Of a DNA stretch of 64,000 nucleotides, positions 1-11,431 are shown piece by piece. The translations under genes were made by a program, and so were the position numbers. Below the pieces are notes generated by a model. The model ran no database searches. It saw only the letters and a list, made by a program, of their open reading frames with translations, and was not told the DNA's origin. The DNA lies in the NCBI GenBank assembly GCA_944386685.1, contig CALXCA010000001.1, positions 78,105 through 142,104 on the forward strand. Reading direction: 5' to 3'. Every line of letters starts with the position of its first letter. The stretch's first letter is position 1. The stretch is from an uncultured Clostridia bacterium. GTDB taxonomy: Bacteria; Bacillota; Clostridia; TANB77; CAG-508.

Positions 1-2552
1 TTGTATCAAATTCTACTAATACATAATATCTTCCTTCTGGTACATCATCAAATTGATATTTTCCATTACTATCTGTTCTTTTAGTAATTATTGCTCCTCT
101 TTCATTTTGTAAAAATTGTTGTGTATCTAAATTATATAAATAAACTGTTAAACCTTCTTTAAATCCCTCTTCATTATCAAATTTTCCATTTTCATTTTCA
201 TCTAGCCAAGCTGAACCTGTAACAGAATATTTATTTGTTGTTGGTTCTTCTGGTTGATTTGGGTTATCTGGATTACTAGGATTATCTGGAGTTGTTGGAT
301 CTGTTGTTGGGTTATCTGGTAAATCTGGATTTTCTGGTGTTACAACAACTTCTTTTTCTCCAGTTTCTTTAAATACTTTATTTGTAATTATATTTGATTC
401 TCTTGTTTTTATTTCCTCTCCAGCAATTGTTGCTTTATTTTCTATTATTTCATCATAATTTGCTTCTTCAATCAATTTTACTCTAGCTTTAATTTTAAGA
501 GTAATTACCTCATCATTTTTTATGTTCATTGTTAATTTTATTCTAGGTTCTTCATTACTATCTTTTTGGTTTGCATCACTTATTTGATTTGCACTCCATA
601 CTCTATTAACTGGGGTAACTGTTAACTCTGGCTTACCTTCTGCATTAGTTGTTGTTCTTACTTCATTGTCATTATACTCAACTTCTTCCACCTTTAAAAT
701 ATTTGGAATATAATCTTCAAAATTTACAACTGTATATCCACCAAATGAATCTTGTGCTTTTCCAACATTTTCAATTGTGTATACATATGTTAATTCATCT
801 AAAGATTCTAATGTTTCTCCATTTCTTTCTGAAGATTGTGTTATTTTAACAGCTTCTCTTGAGCCTTCTGCTATTGTTTCATTTGATTTATAAACATTTC
901 CACTATCTGTAGTAACATTTGCAGAAACTCTAACTTTGTAAGAATAGTTATCTATATCTTCTAATGAATTTACTGCTTTTGTAGTAAATCCTATTTGATA
1001 TACTTCTCCCATTCCCTCAACTGGTATTGTTAATACTCCATCTTCACTTCTTTGATATTCTATATTTTCCCCTTCTGAAGAATAAACACTTTCAATTTCA
1101 AAGAATTCAGGTAATTTAATTGTTACTGTTGCATTCATAGGATCTAATTCTTCTAATCCCTTTAAATCATTTACTCTATATAAATTTAATAGATATTTCC
1201 ATTTATTTCTTCCAGTGCCTGATTCACTACTTGTAAGTACAGCATTTATTTCACTTAATTTTAAATTATGAGTTATTTTGTATGTATTTATAACTTCATC
1301 ATCAACTAATGTATCTATACTTACTTCTATATTTTCCATATAATTTGGATTTACATCTTTATCTACAGATTCTCCAGCATATTGATTATAAAGTTTATCT
1401 ATAACATATTCAATTGCCTCTGTTATTTCTTCTTCTGTTGCATCTGGTTTTTCTTCTAATGTAATTTCTCTTAAAACTTTTCTTCTAAGTTCCCATCTTT
1501 CAGCATCTTTTAAAGACTCATATCCTTCTGTTCCTGTTACTCTTTCTCCCATTTCAGCTAAATAAGTAGTCATAACTCTATCATGTAATTCTCTTGTATC
1601 TAACCCCTCTATTGCTTGTAATTCAAAAGAATATTCTTTAGTTTCTCCTGCTGTTAATATATCTACATCAATTTCATATTTTTTTAATTCAGAATCAGAA
1701 TTATATCCATATCCAAATTCACCTTGTTTCATAGGTACATATTCTAAAAAGTCTGGTATATTTGCTACAATTTTTATATCATTTACTTTTTTATCAGAAG
1801 TATTTGTAATTTTAACTTCATATTTTATTATTTCATTTTCATAAATAATATCATCATTATTTAATACTGTATCTCCTCTAATAGCTTTTGTTTCTACTAG
1901 AATTCCTTCAGCATAATTTTTTGTGCCTTCTGTTTCATCTATTTTTTCTATTGTTTTTATTTCTGTAGAGTTTACAACTTGTATTTCTTGGTTATATGTT
2001 GCTTCTCCACATTTCATAATTAAATTTGTTGTTTTAGAAGTAATATCTTGTTTTAATATAATATTAGCTACAATTCTAATATTTGCTCCTTTTACTATAC
2101 CACCTATTTGATGTTTTGTTTGTTTTCCATTTAAAGAAACTTTTATTACTTGGTTTCCATTCTCATTTGTTTCTACAGTATATTCTCCTAATGTTAATTC
2201 ATCTTCATATAATAATTTAACATCATCTATTATTACCTTTTCTACTTCTGAAGGTAATTCAAAATATACTGTTGGATTTTCAAACAATTTACTATCTTCA
2301 GTATCTGTTTCTAAAACTCCTGTTATTATAACCTCATTTTGTACTTTATTAGTAAATTGATTGTAATTTAAACTCATACTAATTTTTTCTGTAGTTTCTG
2401 TCGCTGTTGATTGTTGGTTTTCTGTAACTTCAACTGCAATAGATGCTACTGTTAAAAAATTAGTATTAAAGAACATCGCAATTAACAATAAAACGGCACA
2501 TATTTTTTTGATAATTGTTAAGTTGTTCTTTTTGTCTAATTGTTTAATCATT
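1..2552 (-). CDS. Giant surface adhesin paralogue. The N-terminus is in the window and the 3' end runs off the left edge.
   Basis: Minus-strand ATG at 2552. Translation MIKQLDKKNNLTIIKKICAVLLLIAMFFNTNF... stays open to position 1, so it is absent from the ORF track (no stop in window). It is colinear without net indels with aa 1-850 of the 2812-aa ORF (window pos 1 aligns to ~8788, 2552 to ~11338). Confidence 0.8.
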
Positions 2553-2639
2553 TGTTTTTACCCCTTTCAAAAAGCTTGTTAAAAAACTAAGCTTATAAAT
2601 ATAACACTTTTAACCATATTTTTGCATATAAAGTTTTTA

Positions 2640-2780
2640 ATGTCAACATTCGACTATTTCCGATTTTTTCTATTCACTTAAGGAAGTACATTTTACCAAA
2701 ATTTATTACATTTTTATTATTTTTTTGTTACATTTTGTCAAAATAATTGGTCTATTTTTCTAAAAATGTTAGGGAATACT
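2640..2780 (-). promoter_or_regulatory. Conserved 141-bp upstream block, copy 1 (about -90 to -230 from the adhesin paralogue start)
   Basis: Near-identical to 11432..11572. Read on the minus strand it contains TGGTAAAAT (extended -10-like) and ends in TTGACA. The ~90 bp between the block and each ATG are not conserved. Confidence 0.55.
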
Positions 2781-2801
2781 TATGTTTGAGTTCTATAAAA
2801 C

Positions 2802-2833
2802 AAGAATAGCAAGGTTTTTTCCTTGCTATTCTT
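2802..2833 (-). terminator. Rho-independent terminator of the 2812-aa gene
   Basis: Perfect 13-bp stem AAGAATAGCAAGG/CCTTGCTATTCTT with a 6-nt loop, followed on the minus strand by GTTTTAT. It lies 67 nt after the stop at 2900. Confidence 0.7.
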
Positions 2834-2899
2834 AAATTTTTTATCAATTTTTTTCTTTTGTATTTTTAATATTTTTTCTTAAGTTTCTTGTTCTTTAGA

Positions 2900-5800
2900 T
2901 TATTTATTTAGCACTTTCTTTTTAATAAATATTACACCTATTACTAGAACAATTAATCCTATTCCTATTGTTGTTATATATATGATATTTGATATTATCA
3001 CACCAGTTGGTGGTGTAATTGTTGTTCTTACACTATCCTCATCTGTCTCTTTTGCATGTTCTGGTATTAAATTTCCTGGTGTTGTATCATTTACTCTATT
3101 ATACGTATTTTCATTTTTGTCTTTATTTTGGCTATATCCTATATATTCTAGTATCTCTACATCATTTGTATATTTCATTTCATCACTTGCTGAAAGTAAT
3201 TTACTTACATCATATTTTATTGCTTTTGTTTCTCCTATTGGTACTAATGAATCATTTGGATCTGAGAATGAGTCTGATGTAAATAGTATATATTTTCCCT
3301 CTACTAAAGCCTTTTCAACATCTTCTGTAATTAATCTATATGTTTTTTCTCCTGTTGCTTCCATTACTTTATGTTCTGTTAAGTCTTTTACTTCAACTAC
3401 GTCCCATCCTCCTCTTTTTAATTCATCTAAGTCTACATCTATATCTGGTGTTAAGTAATCTCCTAACATTCCTATTCTTACACCTACAGGCATACTTCCT
3501 TTTTCTCCGTAATAATAGTAATTTCTTTCATTAGCTACATCTGTATCATTTGTTATTGCATAAATTGGATAATCTAATTCAGAATCATTTGTTATAGAAA
3601 TTGTGTATTCTTGTTTTATTGTTGAACCATTTATTAACTCTGTATCCATTTCTATTGGCACAAAATCTTCTATTCCTGGTCTTACATATGGTAAGTCTGA
3701 ATCTGGATTACTTGGATCTCCTTTTATTAATACTTGACCATTTCCTAATGTTAACTCTAAGTCTGTTGTTTGTTTATCTACTCTTAAATTTACAATTGGT
3801 CTTTCTATTAATCCAAAATCTATGTTTTGTAATTTGAATTCATGGTCTATTATTCCATTTTCTTGTGAACTTAATGTTGAATCTATATTTTGATCATTAA
3901 ATTGTTCAACACCTAGTTGAATATATGGTGTATATGCTTCCATTTCTGAATATGAATATTTAGAACTATCATTTACGTTTTCATTATTTAATCTTGCTGA
4001 TTGTTCATGATATGCTCTATATTCTACATCATCAACACCATCTGAATATCTTGTTCCTAAATTGTCATTTAAGAACCATGATGTTTCTGTATCTCCTTCT
4101 GACCAATCTCCATTTAAGTGTGGTATTCCATCATTTGATGTATTTATTGCTTTTCTTATATAATCTGATGTTATTATTGTAGATTTATATTCTCTTGCTT
4201 TTATTGGGTCATTTTTAACTTGTGTTCCATTGTTGAAGATTAATGTACTCTTTCCTTCTCCACTTATATTTTCTCCATATGTGTATCTTATTACATAGTT
4301 ATCTGCTACTACACCTTCAAATGTGTAATTTCCGTTTTCATCTGTCCATGTTACTGCATCTTCTATTAATGGTTGTTTTCCCGTTCCATCTGTTTTATAT
4401 AATTTAGATACTTCATATGTGTGTTTTGATGTTACATTATCTCTTGCCATTGTAGAATCATACATTTCATTTGCTCCTACTGGTACTAACAATAATTCTA
4501 CTTTTACATTTGACATTACACTTTCACCATCATCATATATACCATTTCCAAGTCTTTGGTTTTCTGCTAATTTTTCTTCTTCTGCTTTATCTTCAAATAC
4601 TGTTCCTGATATTGATGTTTGACTTCCTGTTGTAAATATTATTGTTGGTGCTATTGTTGTGTCATCTTCAAATGTATCTGTTATAAATCTGTTTTGGTCA
4701 TCTATTTCTACTTGTGCATTTCTTGGTGCTGAATCTTGGTCTATACTTGCATATTCATATAATGTTGTATCATTTCTTCCTTGTAATTTTTCTTCATTAT
4801 TTGAATATGTACTATATGATTTTATTTCTGCCATAAAGTCAAGTTTTAATCCTGTATATGTTTCTCCATTTAAGTTTAATACTATATTATCTTGTAAAAT
4901 TGTAGCTATAACATCTGCTTTTGCTCTAAATGTTACTTCTAATACTTCTTGGCTCTTATTATTTATTGTTTTATTTGGTAAATTATTTAAATTTAATATT
5001 AATTCTTTCATTGTACCATTTATATTTGTTCCATCTGTTGTTTGTACTGCTGGTTCGCCTTCGAAGTTGTATGAAATAGCTTCTAATTCACTATTGTAAT
5101 TTACTGTTATTTCATTTATTTTTGATTTTAATGTATCTGAATTATTTTCTAAGTATATTTTATATGTTACATCTGCATATACATCTCCATTTTCTCCTGT
5201 TGTTCCATTATTTCCACTATATACTATTGTAGATTCATGTGTTAATCTTTGATAATACATGTTTTTAATGTTTTGGAATCTTTCTTCTAAGTTTGTATCA
5301 TCACTTTGTACAATTAATGTTCCATATTTATATACATGGTTATATCCATTTACATTTAAATCTATTCTTGCTAAATCACTTTCTATTTCTAAGTCTACTT
5401 GTTCTCTTAAGTATAATCCTAAGTTTACTGCTTTTATTTCATCTGAATATCCTGTTGTATTTCTTATTGGGTCATAATATGTTTTAAAGTCATAATTTTT
5501 ATATGTTGTTGCTTTTATGTGATATATGTCTTCTCCATATGCTTCTGGATTTCCTTCTGGTGTTTGCATATTTTTTCCATATTGTATACTTGATCTATGT
5601 TGTTCTTCACTTTGATAACTTATTTGGTCTGGATATTCTGTTCCTGCTGGATCTATTACTTTTCCTGTTGATTCTCCATTACCATTTATTTGATCTTTTG
5701 CATCTATTATTGAGAATCTTTCATTTAATTGTATTCTTTGTGTTGCATCTTCATCAGAATTTCCTGATGATATTTCTTCTGATGCTTTTGATACATCATA

Positions 5801-8800
5801 TAGTTTTGGATCTGAATTTAAATCTACATTTCTGTATTTTACACCATTGTATTCAAATTCTACCCAATATTCACTTGCTCTTCTTAATAATACATGTGTA
5901 TCTTTGTAGTTTGCATCATCTGATCCTGGTGTTGTACCAAAGTCGTATGTTTTGTCTGTTCTTATACCAAATACATAATTTCCATTATCATCTGTCCATG
6001 TTTCGTGTACTACATTGTTTACTGGGTCATGTAAATATACTTTTACTTTTGGTAATCTTATATCAGAATCTTCTAGTAAATTATTTCTTGCATTATATTG
6101 TCCATCATCCCAAACTGTACCAGAAACTTTTGCATATTTCATTTCATTTTCTATTGTGAATATATTTGTTTGGAATATATTACTTCCTATTTGTTCTTCA
6201 TTTGGATCATTTGCTTTTACAACAACTGAATTCCCTGTTATAACATTTCCAAATTGGTCTCTTATTTCTACATCTCTTCCTGATGTATTTGTTACTGTAA
6301 CTGTTTGGTCTGATGTATATAAGAAGTCTGGTACTATAATTTGTCCATTTACATTTGTTGTATAAGTAACGGTAGGAACAGCTACTTCTGTTGTATATGT
6401 TGCTCCTCCACTTGTTGTACTTGAGTTTGGTCTCATGAATCCAGTAACATCAAATGTTAATCCCGAAACTCCTTGTCCTGTAGATTTATCTACAGCTTGT
6501 ATTAAAACTTTTCCTGTTTCATCAGATACTTGTCTTTTTATTTTTAATTCATAAACAACTCCATAATCTGGATGATTTATAGCTTTTAGTTCGTTTCCTT
6601 CACTATCTATTATTTTTCCGTAATCTGCATCATCTACTACATATCCATTTGCTGGGTTGTAAACTTCTCTTATGTAGAATGTTCTTTCTTCTGTTCCTTC
6701 ATCTAGTAATAAGTCATATACTCTTACTTCTCCATTATCATCAGTAGTATATCTTACTACTCCATTTGAGCCATGCTTGTCCTCCGGCAATAGATTTAAT
6801 ACTTCAATAACTACTCCTGGTAATGGTTCTTTTGTTACCATATCAACTTTTTTGAAGTATAAGTTACCTGTAACCTTTTTGTTTGTTACTGATACTGTAA
6901 CTAAAGTATCATTAGCTGATATATCTACTGTGTATGTTTTTCCAATTTCATAGTTATATCCATATGGTGCTTCAATTTCTGTTATTGTATGTGATCCTAC
7001 AAATATCATGTCTATTTTTTCACCAGATGCTACTGTTCTTCCATCTATTTCGAATACACATCCTGGTAAAACATTTCCTGTGTCATAATCATATTTATTT
7101 ATTTGAACTTTTTTAGGAAAGTTTTCTGGTCCAAAACTTGTGCTGTCATCCCATATATATGTTATTGGTTTTGTTATTCTAAATGTAGAACTACATGAAG
7201 TTCCTCCTAAAGGTAATCCATAAAAATCATAATAAGGATGATCATTATCATGGTTCGTATGACATTCTTGTTTTGTACCTGTTGTTCCATCATCATTTTC
7301 TACTTCTACATCTTCACATTCTTCATAACATGCACAATGGCACCAATGAACTTCATTAGATGCTGTACAACCATATGGAGATGGACTATGTATATCAGTA
7401 AAATGTACAGCCGCTTGATATTCAGCAGTTGTTGTTATTTGAGTTACTTCAATATATGTTGTATCACATGTTTTTACTGCATCTATTGTCGCACCTAATA
7501 TAAATTCTGCTCCAGAGCAAGGTATTGAAATTGTGCCTCCTCCTGCAGGTACAACTCCAGTTCCTCCTCCACCTGTACAAGTTACTGTTATAACTGTATC
7601 TCCTGGTGCTCCTGTCCAATCATTTACTGTTACATTTGCTAAAAATGTTGATTGTCCTGTTATTGTTAATGTTGCAGATATACTTATATCTCCTTTTGGC
7701 GTTCCATCGTCATTAATAAAGTCTTGATATTCATTCCACTTAGTTGTAGAAGTACTTGATATAACTCCATGTCCCAGTGGGCATGGTTGTTTTCCTGCAA
7801 TCCAACCATTAGCATTTAATTCTGCAATTTCTGCCATTCCCTCTGGAGTTAATGCACCAAGGTCATTACCAAAAGCATCCCATCCCCAACCAGTTACTGG
7901 TTCGCCAGTAGCTGGATTTATATTGGTAATAGTTTGGTTTGGAACAGCACTTTGAACATTATCAGCAAAAGCTCTTGAATTAAATCCTAAAACAGTAAAC
8001 ATCATTAAAATAATTAAGAATGTTTTTTTATTAATTCCGCTCTTTTTGCTTAAAATTTTATAGATAATTGTTAAAATTACTATAAATCCTATTATTCCAG
8101 CAATTATTCCCATAGCTTGTTTTATTCCTGTTGATACACCAATTAATACTTGTGTACTATCTGTATCATTTTCTGTATTTTTGTCTTCTATATGTTTTGC
8201 ATTTTCACTTATTTCTATTTTTGTTACATTAGTAAATGTTCCTGCTGATTTATCATCTAATGTCTTAGATAATATTAATTTTGCTTCTAAGCTTTCACCT
8301 GGTTGTATTTCTTGTGTTCTATAACTTACATTACTTAAATTATATGACATAGATTTTACCCAATCAGTATTTAACTCTGAATGGAAATCTAGTTGTTCAG
8401 GTATTTGTGCAACAATTTCATTTACACTTCCTGCTAATTCTCCAACATTTGTTACTCTTATTTTGTATTCTATTACAACTGTAGAACCAACAAATTGTTT
8501 TGAATGGATTTCTATTTTTGCAAATTTTTCATCATTAAAATTATATTCTTTTGTTCCTTTACTATTTGTTACTGTTATTTTATTAACAAATTGTTCCATT
8601 TTTAAGTCAAATGTTTTTGTTTTTATTAAACCTATATCTATATTTTCTGTATTTTTATTTAATTCTATTGTATCTGTAATACCTACTATTTTTTGTCCAT
8701 CTGGTAATTTGGCTTGTCTTTGTATAAAATCACAGTTTGTTAATTCGCTTACATCTGTTTTTTGATAATCTGTAATTGTATATTGAGTTGTATCAAATTC

Positions 8801-11338
8801 TACTATTACATAATATCTTCCTTCTGGTACATCTTCAAATGTATATCTACCGTCATTATTTGTTTGTTTTGTAATTATTGCTCCTCTTGAGTTTTGTAAA
8901 AATTGTTGTGTATCTAAATTATATAAATATACTGTTAATCCTTTTTCATATTGTTCTCCATCATCTATTTTTCCATTTTCATTATCATCTAGCCATGCTA
9001 AACCTGTAATTGAATATGTATTTGTTGTAGGTTCATTTGGTTGATTTGGATCTTCTGGTTGTTCTGGAGTTGTAGGATCTGTTGATGGGTCATCTGGTAA
9101 ATCAGGATTTGGTGGATTTACAACAACTTCTTTCTCTCCAGATTCTTTAAATACTGTATTTGTAATAATATTTGATTCTCTAGTTTTTATTTCCTCTCCA
9201 GATACTGTTGCTTGGTTTTCTATTATTTCATTATATTCCTCTTCTTCAATTAATTTTACTCTTGTTTTTATTGTTAAAGTTATACTTTCTCCATTTTTTA
9301 TATTTAATGGTATGGTTATTCTAGGCTCTTTACTACTATCTTTTTCATTTGCTTCTTTTAATTGGATTCCATTCCATACTCTGTTAACTGGTGTTACTGT
9401 TGTTACAAATTTACTGCCTTCTTCTTCAACTGTATTTCTAACATCATTATCATTATATTGTACTTCTAATATTTCTAATATATTTGGAATATAGTCTTCA
9501 AAATTAACTGCTGTATAACCTCCAAAACTTTCTTGTGCTGAACCTATATTTTCTATTGTATATACATATGTTAGTTCATCTAATGGTTCTAATTTTTCTC
9601 CATTTTTTTCTGATGTTTGTGTTATTTTTACTGCTTCCCTTGAACCTTCTACTACTACTTCATTAGATTTATATTCATTTCCTCTTCCTCCATCTACTGA
9701 AACATTTGCAGAAAGTCTTACTTTATAAGAATAATTATCAGTATCTTCCATTAAGTTTTTTGTTTTAAAAGAAACTAATAATGGATATGTTTCATTCATT
9801 TCCTCAATTTTCATTGTAACTAATCCATCTTCACTTATTTCATAAGGTAATTCTTCCATATGATCTAATAATGAATATATTTTTTCTATTTCAAATACTT
9901 CTGGTAATTGAAAAGTAACTGTTGCATTTACATTTTCTAATTCTTCTAAACCAAATAATTTATTGATTCTATATAAAGTTAAATAACAGTTCCAGTTGTT
10001 CCTTGCTACTGTTGATTCTGAGCATGACATTCTTATATTAATTTCATTTAATTTTATACCATGTGTAATTTTATATGTACTTACATTTTCATCTTTTATT
10101 AATGTATTTATTTCTACTTCTACCTTTTCTACATAATCTGGGTTTATGTCTGTATCACGTATTACTTCTATTTTGTCTGAATTTGGATCATATACTTTTT
10201 CATTAATATATTCAAATGCTTCTAATGCTTGTTCTTCTGTTGAATTTGGGTCAATTTCTAATGCAATTTCTCTAACAACGTTTTTTCTAAATTCATATCT
10301 TTCATCTGGTGTCATTGTATCGAAACCATCTGCATTTGTAACTCTTTCATCTAATTCATCAACATATATTTCCATTACTTTATCTTTAAAATCTCTTGTA
10401 TCTAAGTCATCTGTTGGTTGTAATTCAAAAGAATATTCTTGTGTTACACCTGGTTCTATACTTCCAACTTCTATTTCATGTTGCTTTACACTTGAATCTG
10501 GAGCAGTTCCATAACCTATATCACCTGGTTTTAGAGAAACATACCCCATATGTTCTGGAATATTTACTACAATTTTTATATCATCTATTCTTTGGTCTGT
10601 AGTATTTGTTACATTTATTTCATATTTAATTATTTCTAATTCATAAATGATATCGTCATTATTTAATACTGTATCTCCTCTAATAGCTTTTGTTTCTATT
10701 AAAAGACCATTAGCATATGATTTTGTTCCTTCTAAATTATCTACTTCTGATAATGTTTTTATTTCTGCAGAGTTTACTATTTCTAGTTTTTCTTCATATA
10801 TTGCTTCTCCACATTTCATTGTTATATTTGTATCAACAGATTCTATGTCTTGTTTTAACATTATATTAGCTACTACTCTAATATTTGTTCCTTTTATTAT
10901 TCCATCTGTTTGATGCTTTGTTTGTTTTCCTTTTAAAGAAACTTTTATTTGTTGGTTTCCATTTTCATTTGTTTCTACTGTATATTCTCCTAATGTTAAT
11001 TCTTCATCATATAATACTTTAACATCTTCTATTATTACCTTTTCTACTTCTGGTGGTAATTCAAAATATACAGTTGGATTTTCAAACAACTTACTATCTT
11101 CTGTGTCTGTTTCCAACACACCTGTTATAACAACTTCGTTTTGTACTTTATTTGTAAGCTGATTATAACTTAAATTCATACTAATTTTTTCTGCTTCTGC
11201 TGAATTTGAGCTTGCTAAAGCATCAACTGCAAGTGATGCAATTGTGAAAAAATTAGTATTTAAAAATAATGCAATAAGCAATAAAATTGCACACATTTTC
11301 TTGATAATTTGTGCATTATGTTTTTTCTTAGTTTGCAT
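2900..11338 (-). CDS. Giant cell-surface protein (2812 aa) built from two modules
   Basis: N-terminal signal peptide. DUF11-like conserved-repeat motif (LTYVYTIENIGSAQ...EDYIPNIL). Pro/Thr linker (PPNPDLPDDPSTDPTTPEQPEDPNQPNEPT). SdrD-B/Cna-B-like domains (GLAWLDDNENGKIDDGE...TNNDGRYTFEDVPEGRYYV; KVTGNLYFKKVD...LPGVVIEV). Cys-rich region (HWCHCACYEECED). C-terminal TPPTG plus hydrophobic helix plus KKK tail. See findings for the internal anchor and signal peptide. Confidence 0.85.
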   Translation of the reverse strand: MQTKKKHNAQIIKKMCAILLLIALFLNTNFFTIASLAVDALASSNSAEAEKISMNLSYNQLTNKVQNEVVITGVLETDTEDSKLFENPTVYFELPPEVEKVIIEDVKVLYDEELTLGEYTVETNENGNQQIKVSLKGKQTKHQTDGIIKGTNIRVVANIMLKQDIESVDTNITMKCGEAIYEEKLEIVNSAEIKTLSEVDNLEGTKSYANGLLIETKAIRGDTVLNNDDIIYELEIIKYEINVTNTTDQRIDDIKIVVNIPEHMGYVSLKPGDIGYGTAPDSSVKQHEIEVGSIEPGVTQEYSFELQPTDDLDTRDFKDKVMEIYVDELDERVTNADGFDTMTPDERYEFRKNVVREIALEIDPNSTEEQALEAFEYINEKVYDPNSDKIEVIRDTDINPDYVEKVEVEINTLIKDENVSTYKITHGIKLNEINIRMSCSESTVARNNWNCYLTLYRINKLFGLEELENVNATVTFQLPEVFEIEKIYSLLDHMEELPYEISEDGLVTMKIEEMNETYPLLVSFKTKNLMEDTDNYSYKVRLSANVSVDGGRGNEYKSNEVVVEGSREAVKITQTSEKNGEKLEPLDELTYVYTIENIGSAQESFGGYTAVNFEDYIPNILEILEVQYNDNDVRNTVEEEGSKFVTTVTPVNRVWNGIQLKEANEKDSSKEPRITIPLNIKNGESITLTIKTRVKLIEEEEYNEIIENQATVSGEEIKTRESNIITNTVFKESGEKEVVVNPPNPDLPDDPSTDPTTPEQPEDPNQPNEPTTNTYSITGLAWLDDNENGKIDDGEQYEKGLTVYLYNLDTQQFLQNSRGAIITKQTNNDGRYTFEDVPEGRYYVIVEFDTTQYTITDYQKTDVSELTNCDFIQRQAKLPDGQKIVGITDTIELNKNTENIDIGLIKTKTFDLKMEQFVNKITVTNSKGTKEYNFNDEKFAKIEIHSKQFVGSTVVIEYKIRVTNVGELAGSVNEIVAQIPEQLDFHSELNTDWVKSMSYNLSNVSYRTQEIQPGESLEAKLILSKTLDDKSAGTFTNVTKIEISENAKHIEDKNTENDTDSTQVLIGVSTGIKQAMGIIAGIIGFIVILTIIYKILSKKSGINKKTFLIILMMFTVLGFNSRAFADNVQSAVPNQTITNINPATGEPVTGWGWDAFGNDLGALTPEGMAEIAELNANGWIAGKQPCPLGHGVISSTSTTKWNEYQDFINDDGTPKGDISISATLTITGQSTFLANVTVNDWTGAPGDTVITVTCTGGGGTGVVPAGGGTISIPCSGAEFILGATIDAVKTCDTTYIEVTQITTTAEYQAAVHFTDIHSPSPYGCTASNEVHWCHCACYEECEDVEVENDDGTTGTKQECHTNHDNDHPYYDFYGLPLGGTSCSSTFRITKPITYIWDDSTSFGPENFPKKVQINKYDYDTGNVLPGCVFEIDGRTVASGEKIDMIFVGSHTITEIEAPYGYNYEIGKTYTVDISANDTLVTVSVTNKKVTGNLYFKKVDMVTKEPLPGVVIEVLNLLPEDKHGSNGVVRYTTDDNGEVRVYDLLLDEGTEERTFYIREVYNPANGYVVDDADYGKIIDSEGNELKAINHPDYGVVYELKIKRQVSDETGKVLIQAVDKSTGQGVSGLTFDVTGFMRPNSSTTSGGATYTTEVAVPTVTYTTNVNGQIIVPDFLYTSDQTVTVTNTSGRDVEIRDQFGNVITGNSVVVKANDPNEEQIGSNIFQTNIFTIENEMKYAKVSGTVWDDGQYNARNNLLEDSDIRLPKVKVYLHDPVNNVVHETWTDDNGNYVFGIRTDKTYDFGTTPGSDDANYKDTHVLLRRASEYWVEFEYNGVKYRNVDLNSDPKLYDVSKASEEISSGNSDEDATQRIQLNERFSIIDAKDQINGNGESTGKVIDPAGTEYPDQISYQSEEQHRSSIQYGKNMQTPEGNPEAYGEDIYHIKATTYKNYDFKTYYDPIRNTTGYSDEIKAVNLGLYLREQVDLEIESDLARIDLNVNGYNHVYKYGTLIVQSDDTNLEERFQNIKNMYYQRLTHESTIVYSGNNGTTGENGDVYADVTYKIYLENNSDTLKSKINEITVNYNSELEAISYNFEGEPAVQTTDGTNINGTMKELILNLNNLPNKTINNKSQEVLEVTFRAKADVIATILQDNIVLNLNGETYTGLKLDFMAEIKSYSTYSNNEEKLQGRNDTTLYEYASIDQDSAPRNAQVEIDDQNRFITDTFEDDTTIAPTIIFTTGSQTSISGTVFEDKAEEEKLAENQRLGNGIYDDGESVMSNVKVELLLVPVGANEMYDSTMARDNVTSKHTYEVSKLYKTDGTGKQPLIEDAVTWTDENGNYTFEGVVADNYVIRYTYGENISGEGKSTLIFNNGTQVKNDPIKAREYKSTIITSDYIRKAINTSNDGIPHLNGDWSEGDTETSWFLNDNLGTRYSDGVDDVEYRAYHEQSARLNNENVNDSSKYSYSEMEAYTPYIQLGVEQFNDQNIDSTLSSQENGIIDHEFKLQNIDFGLIERPIVNLRVDKQTTDLELTLGNGQVLIKGDPSNPDSDLPYVRPGIEDFVPIEMDTELINGSTIKQEYTISITNDSELDYPIYAITNDTDVANERNYYYYGEKGSMPVGVRIGMLGDYLTPDIDVDLDELKRGGWDVVEVKDLTEHKVMEATGEKTYRLITEDVEKALVEGKYILFTSDSFSDPNDSLVPIGETKAIKYDVSKLLSASDEMKYTNDVEILEYIGYSQNKDKNENTYNRVNDTTPGNLIPEHAKETDEDSVRTTITPPTGVIISNIIYITTIGIGLIVLVIGVIFIKKKVLNK

Positions 11339-11431
11339 TTGCTTAAACCTCCTTTGTGAACTTATAGTTACTAGAACTACATTTAACTATTATTTTTTTA
11401 CTTTACTTCATTGTCACACATATTATAGTTC

